NCBI GenBank assembly: GCA_044892525.1
Contig: CM097887.1
Span: 10,230,001 to 10,294,000 of the forward strand
Direction of reading: 5' to 3'
Source of the DNA: Schmidtea polychroa
Taxonomy: Eukaryota
DNA: 64,000 nucleotides
Below, piece after piece: positions 59,611 to 64,000 of this stretch. Both the position numbers and the translations under genes were made by a program. How positions within the stretch are numbered: position 1 is the stretch's first letter; the number at the start of each line of letters is the position of its first letter. Under the pieces are notes generated by a model. It did not search any database, was not told where the DNA came from, and worked only from the letters and a program-made list of their open reading frames with translations.

Positions 59611-61443
59611 CTTTAAAGTATGTAAATGCCTATTTTGTTAATAATATACACAGATATGCAATCATACAATTCAAAATACATTTAACTTAACTGTCCAATA
59701 CATATTTTAGAAGTGACTCAGTTAGGTCCTAACAAATCTTACTACATAAATTCTTCTGTATTATGTTTAATATAAGTTTTCTCTAAACTTGCTGCTATAT
59801 GAGCTTTGCTATGAATAACAGGTACTGATTGTCATTTAGCAAGAAAAATTATTGGTAAAAATTATTGAATTTTGACATATGAAATGAAATAAATCAAGCT
59901 GAAGTTCCAGCATATTCATCACTTCTCAAACTGTTTCAGCGAAACCTTTTAATTGGAAGTAGAGAAAATTTATATCTCTGGAGAAATTGCAAAATTGTGG
60001 GCGATTTCCACTCTTTACAAGCAATAATACTGTTGTAGATGGTTAGACTAAAACATAGTTCTTTAATATATGATGCTTTTCAGCCTTTTATGTATGAAAT
60101 TTTTCTGGTCAAATGGGATTCGATATTTTCTACAAAGAATCAAGTCTCCGTTTTTTTGATAGAGGAAGTTAGGTTTTGATAAAAATACTATAAATTTATG
60201 GTCTACTAAATCTTTTGATCGAATTAAGTTTTAACAGGATTTTACAGTCTCGATAAAAAAACTATGAGTTTCATGGTTTCAATGGGAAAATAATGCATGG
60301 ATTGAATGTTTGCAGTGCGTGAGAGGAATGGTATACTTCTCATGGCTCTTTATATCTGCGACCTAGCGACGGGTTGCGACCCAAACTTTGGGATATATTT
60401 TATAAATGATATGCAGTTCAATGAGTAACAATAGAAATCCTTTATTGCCAATTATGTTCAACGAAAAATTTCAATTATAAAATAATTTTTTCAATTTTAT
60501 CTGAATAATAGCAACTGCTGTCATCTTTCCAACAGAATATTTTTCTCCTTTTGTTTTTGGTGACTTTTCTAATTAATTAACGGATTCTTACACTGAATTT
60601 ATTCAAGAAAGAAAATTGTAATCAAGTTATTACGAAATTGAAATGTAAATCCCACAAATTATCAAAATCAATTAAAATTAATAAAATATTTGAAAAATAA
60701 AAAAAATCAATATTTTTCAGGGGAAAAGTGAAAAGTGATGGCAGATGAGATTTTGAAGACGAATAAAATTATCTTAAAGTGATCAAAGGTCTATAGAAGG
60801 GTCAGGAGCCCAAAAACAAACTAATTAATTCATTAATGTTAAGGCAATCACGCTAATTAATAGCTATCCAGTCAAATATCAGAATAATTGGTTGCCAGGA
60901 GTTAGGGTAATGGTCAATAGATGGCTTATTGTCTCAAAATGTCTCATTTTCATTAGCAATCCACATGTAAAAGAAGATACATCATGTTCTGTTTGTTGGA
61001 AGACATCTTTGATGATCGAGAAACCTTTAAATGTAGAGAACAGCTAATGGGGAGCGCCAGTTGGTCAAAGAGGGAAAAGTATAATAACGTACCAGTAATA
61101 TATAAAACGAAGTCAATTAAACTTAACAGAATTAACTAAAGAAGGCAAAAGGAAGCGATTCAAAAAATGTGATAAACCAAATTGTGTTTTGACTTATTAG
61201 GGTGACACCCATTTGGCATTAATCCAGCCATTGTGATTTTAAAAAGTTTGTACAATTTGAAGAATAAAGATTTTGTTGGGATCTGAGTTTTTTTTCTTTG
61301 GTCATTGAACATTAGGAGTCAAATCAATATTGAGTCCCATCGACAAACATCATAATATCCAAACACTATTATTATTATTATCATTATCATTATTATTATC
61401 ATGTTTATTAATATTAATATTAATATTAATATTATTATTATTA

Positions 61444-61623
61444 CTAGGGGCTCTGCCATTGTTCGCTTCGCTTCACCAACCCCGTTAGAAGGTGGGGTTA
61501 AAAATGACAACTAAAAAAGAAAGAAAAATTAATATCTATAACTCAAATTTTCTCGTACAAACATCTCCTTATTAAAGTAAAATTCGGATGGAGGGAACCA
61601 TTAGCTTTTTTATATATAGAGAG

Positions 61624-61624
<1 letters not shown>
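61444..61624 (-). mobile_element. Short non-autonomous Helitron-like element inside an (ATT)n tract
   Basis: Minus strand begins TC(TCTCTATATATA) after A and ends CTAG before T. Subterminal hairpin AACCCC..GGGGTT at 61478-61499. No TSD. Confidence 0.55.
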
Positions 61625-61679
<55 letters not shown>

Positions 61680-61900
61680 GGTTTTTATTATTTTAAAAGC
61701 ATTTAAATTTTGAAAATGATGTAGCCTAGATTCCATTATTAATTTTGTGTCCTCTAGTGCTTGATTTAGCTTTTGATCAATATCATGTTTGACAAGATTG
61801 ACAAGGACTATCTTATAGTCGAAAATTTTTTCATTAAATACATTATTTGCAGCAACAGGCTTAAATTATCACTTTATTGTTTTTAAATAATAAATGCTGC

Positions 61901-62103
61901 NNNNNNNNNNNNNNNNNNNNNNNNNNNNNNNNNNNNNNNNNNNNNNNNNNNNNNNNNNNNNNNNNNNNNNNNNNNNNNNNNNNNNNNNNNNNNNNNNNNN
62001 NNNNNNNNNNNNNNNNNNNNNNNNNNNNNNNNNNNNNNNNNNNNNNNNNNNNNNNNNNNNNNNNNNNNNNNNNNNNNNNNNNNNNNNNNNNNNNNNNNNN
62101 NNN
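61901..62103. other. Assembly gap (N run)
   Basis: Direct reading. Confidence 1.
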
Positions 62104-64000
62104 CCTCTTAAAAATAATATAGTTTATATGTTATAAGTGTGATCAGTTGAAATAACTATTTGTGTTAAATTTGCACGTATATTAATCAATATTAAATTAT
62201 ATAATATTATATTAAATCATATTAAAATATATAAAATAAAAATGATTATATTTATGACCAGTAGTTATCAATATTAATAAATACCACACCTCAGTAGTTT
62301 AAATTTAAAAAACGAGAATTTAAAACTGTAATTAATAAATAAATGTTTGAAGAAAACTTGAATTTAATTACATATAGCAATTATTATTAATAATATTTCC
62401 GAATTTCATCTCTTCAATTATTTAACTTTCAACTAATATAACATCCCCTGAATTTGCGCACTTTTCATAAATAATGATCCTTAATCTTTTTATTATTAAT
62501 TTTAATATTGTAAAACTTCTTTTACCCGAGAGATTGTATATGGTATACGGGAGAGGGAATGATCCTAAGTGTAATAAATAAATCGGATAAATAAATAAAG
62601 AATAACAACCTTTATTTCAGAATATCTAAAGGATGAGAACCACTATGAGTTAAAGTTACCTTGAGAGCTTCTTTTTTCCCGCTAATAAATATCTTTATTA
62701 TTTTCCGTGTTTTAAAGCCACTTTTAAATATATAATATTTCAGTATAATTTCTTCATAGAGATTATTGAATGTCCATAAATAAACTGAATAAATATTTGT
62801 TCTATTTTATTGTTTAAACAATAGTTATTGACTCAAACAATTTATGTTTTATTTTCTTTGATCGCTATAATAGGGCCTAGCTTTGTATAAAAATTGCCAT
62901 TTTTACTTCTTAGGCCCTTTTAGGACATTTTTTAAAACATTGTTCAATATTTTCTGGACATTTTTGTAGAATCGTTCAATATTTTTATTTGGATAGACGC
63001 ACTATTAATAAGTTTTGTTTTCCAAATTAAAATTGCATGTAAAATTATTGTTTTGTCCGTTTTCATCTTCATTATGAATTATCGATCAATATTATAAGAA
63101 CTTTTTTCAATTTTCACCACAGATTTCTTTTCAATTGACATTGTATTTATTAAAAAGTTTGACTATGAATCAGTAAAGATATCGATGTATTAATGATATC
63201 CGGTACTGCCTTTTCGAATCAATTTGATGAAATGGATCAGTAAAGACTTTTCAAAATCATTTGAAAAAGGCAGTGCTGAAAGTTAGTGAATATAAAAAAA
63301 ACATCGATGTTAAAGTAATTAAGACAAATATTACGATTAATAAAATAACAAATATATCAATTATAAATTTTTGATAGTTTGCTTTCGATCTGAAGCTGAT
63401 TATGATTTGGCTGATATGCTTGCTGAATAGTTCTTCTGTTTTGGTGTTAAGAATTTTATAGTCGATCTTCATCTTTTCTTTTAAACGTTCTTTTTCTAGT
63501 TTTTCTGTTATTATATATATATATATATATATATATAAATATATATATAAAGCTGGAGGCACTACAGATGTCTTTACTGATCCCTATTCAAGATTTTTAA
63601 TAAATACAATATCGATCAATATTTGTTATATTTAACATGAATTTTCAGCAAAGCTTCTTTCAAGAGTGTTATTAACTTTTAAATGAAAAATGTTGTTTTC
63701 AAATTAAGAAAGAAATAAAAAACCTTTTATCTGCATTTTCTCTAAATCATAAGTTATCATTTTAATTAACAAAATTGACAAGTGGTTTAAACATTGACTT
63801 CCATAAGCTAGCGATTGGCTAAGTGTCCGTCTAATTAAAAATTAACCTCTTTTATTGGTCTCGTGTTAATACGATGTCAGTGTGCATGTCGCTTTTCAGT
63901 GATAATTTAGCTAAAGAATAAATTCCATCTCAGTTTCCCTATAAAGGTTAATGGTCAATGTGATAAAAATGTAAAATTTATATTTAATTAAAATTAAAAG

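Noticed and set aside
63234-63583. 14-bp inverted repeat GGATCAGTAAAGAC bracketing 350 bp
   Set aside because: No TSD and a short TIR, so it cannot be supported as a MITE from one copy.

Overview
This is an AT-rich, TE-dense animal genomic window. The (AAT)n microsatellites, TTAGGG seeds and NeSL-type LINE are compatible with a planarian or other flatworm, but the taxon is only an inference. The dominant feature is a 23-kb minus-strand LTR retroelement (25364-48380). It has TG...CA LTRs, a 23-nt tRNA-Trp PBS, a PPT and a 4-bp TSD, and it sits inside an (AAT)n microsatellite. ORF1 encodes gag with 4 CCHC knuckles plus a ubiquitin-like domain. ORF2 is a membrane polyprotein: Bcl-2-like domain, signal/TM, chuvirus-like glycoprotein, TM, aspartic protease, [RT/RNaseH/integrase core missing in frame], integrase GPY/F tail, then a second type-I membrane glycoprotein. 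ORF3 encodes a DEDDh exonuclease. An envelope-like gene upstream of the protease, together with Bcl-2, Ubl and exonuclease cargo, is the best candidate here for an undescribed endogenous-retrovirus-like system. A Tc1/IS630 transposon with satellite-like TIRs and a NeSL-like RLE LINE with a dead Ulp1 domain are nested inside it. Outside it lie an intronless, divergent proteasome Rpn2/PSMD1 copy with a 24-aa NLS/SUMO/SIM-like repeat and two lesions; several Buster-type hATs and MITEs; relics of Penelope, Polinton PolB, Tc1/mariner, Gypsy and ABCC; a Helitron-like element; and a 203-nt assembly gap. All domain calls are motif recognition by eye, not database searches. Many frameshifts are single-base homopolymer insertions and may be assembly errors.
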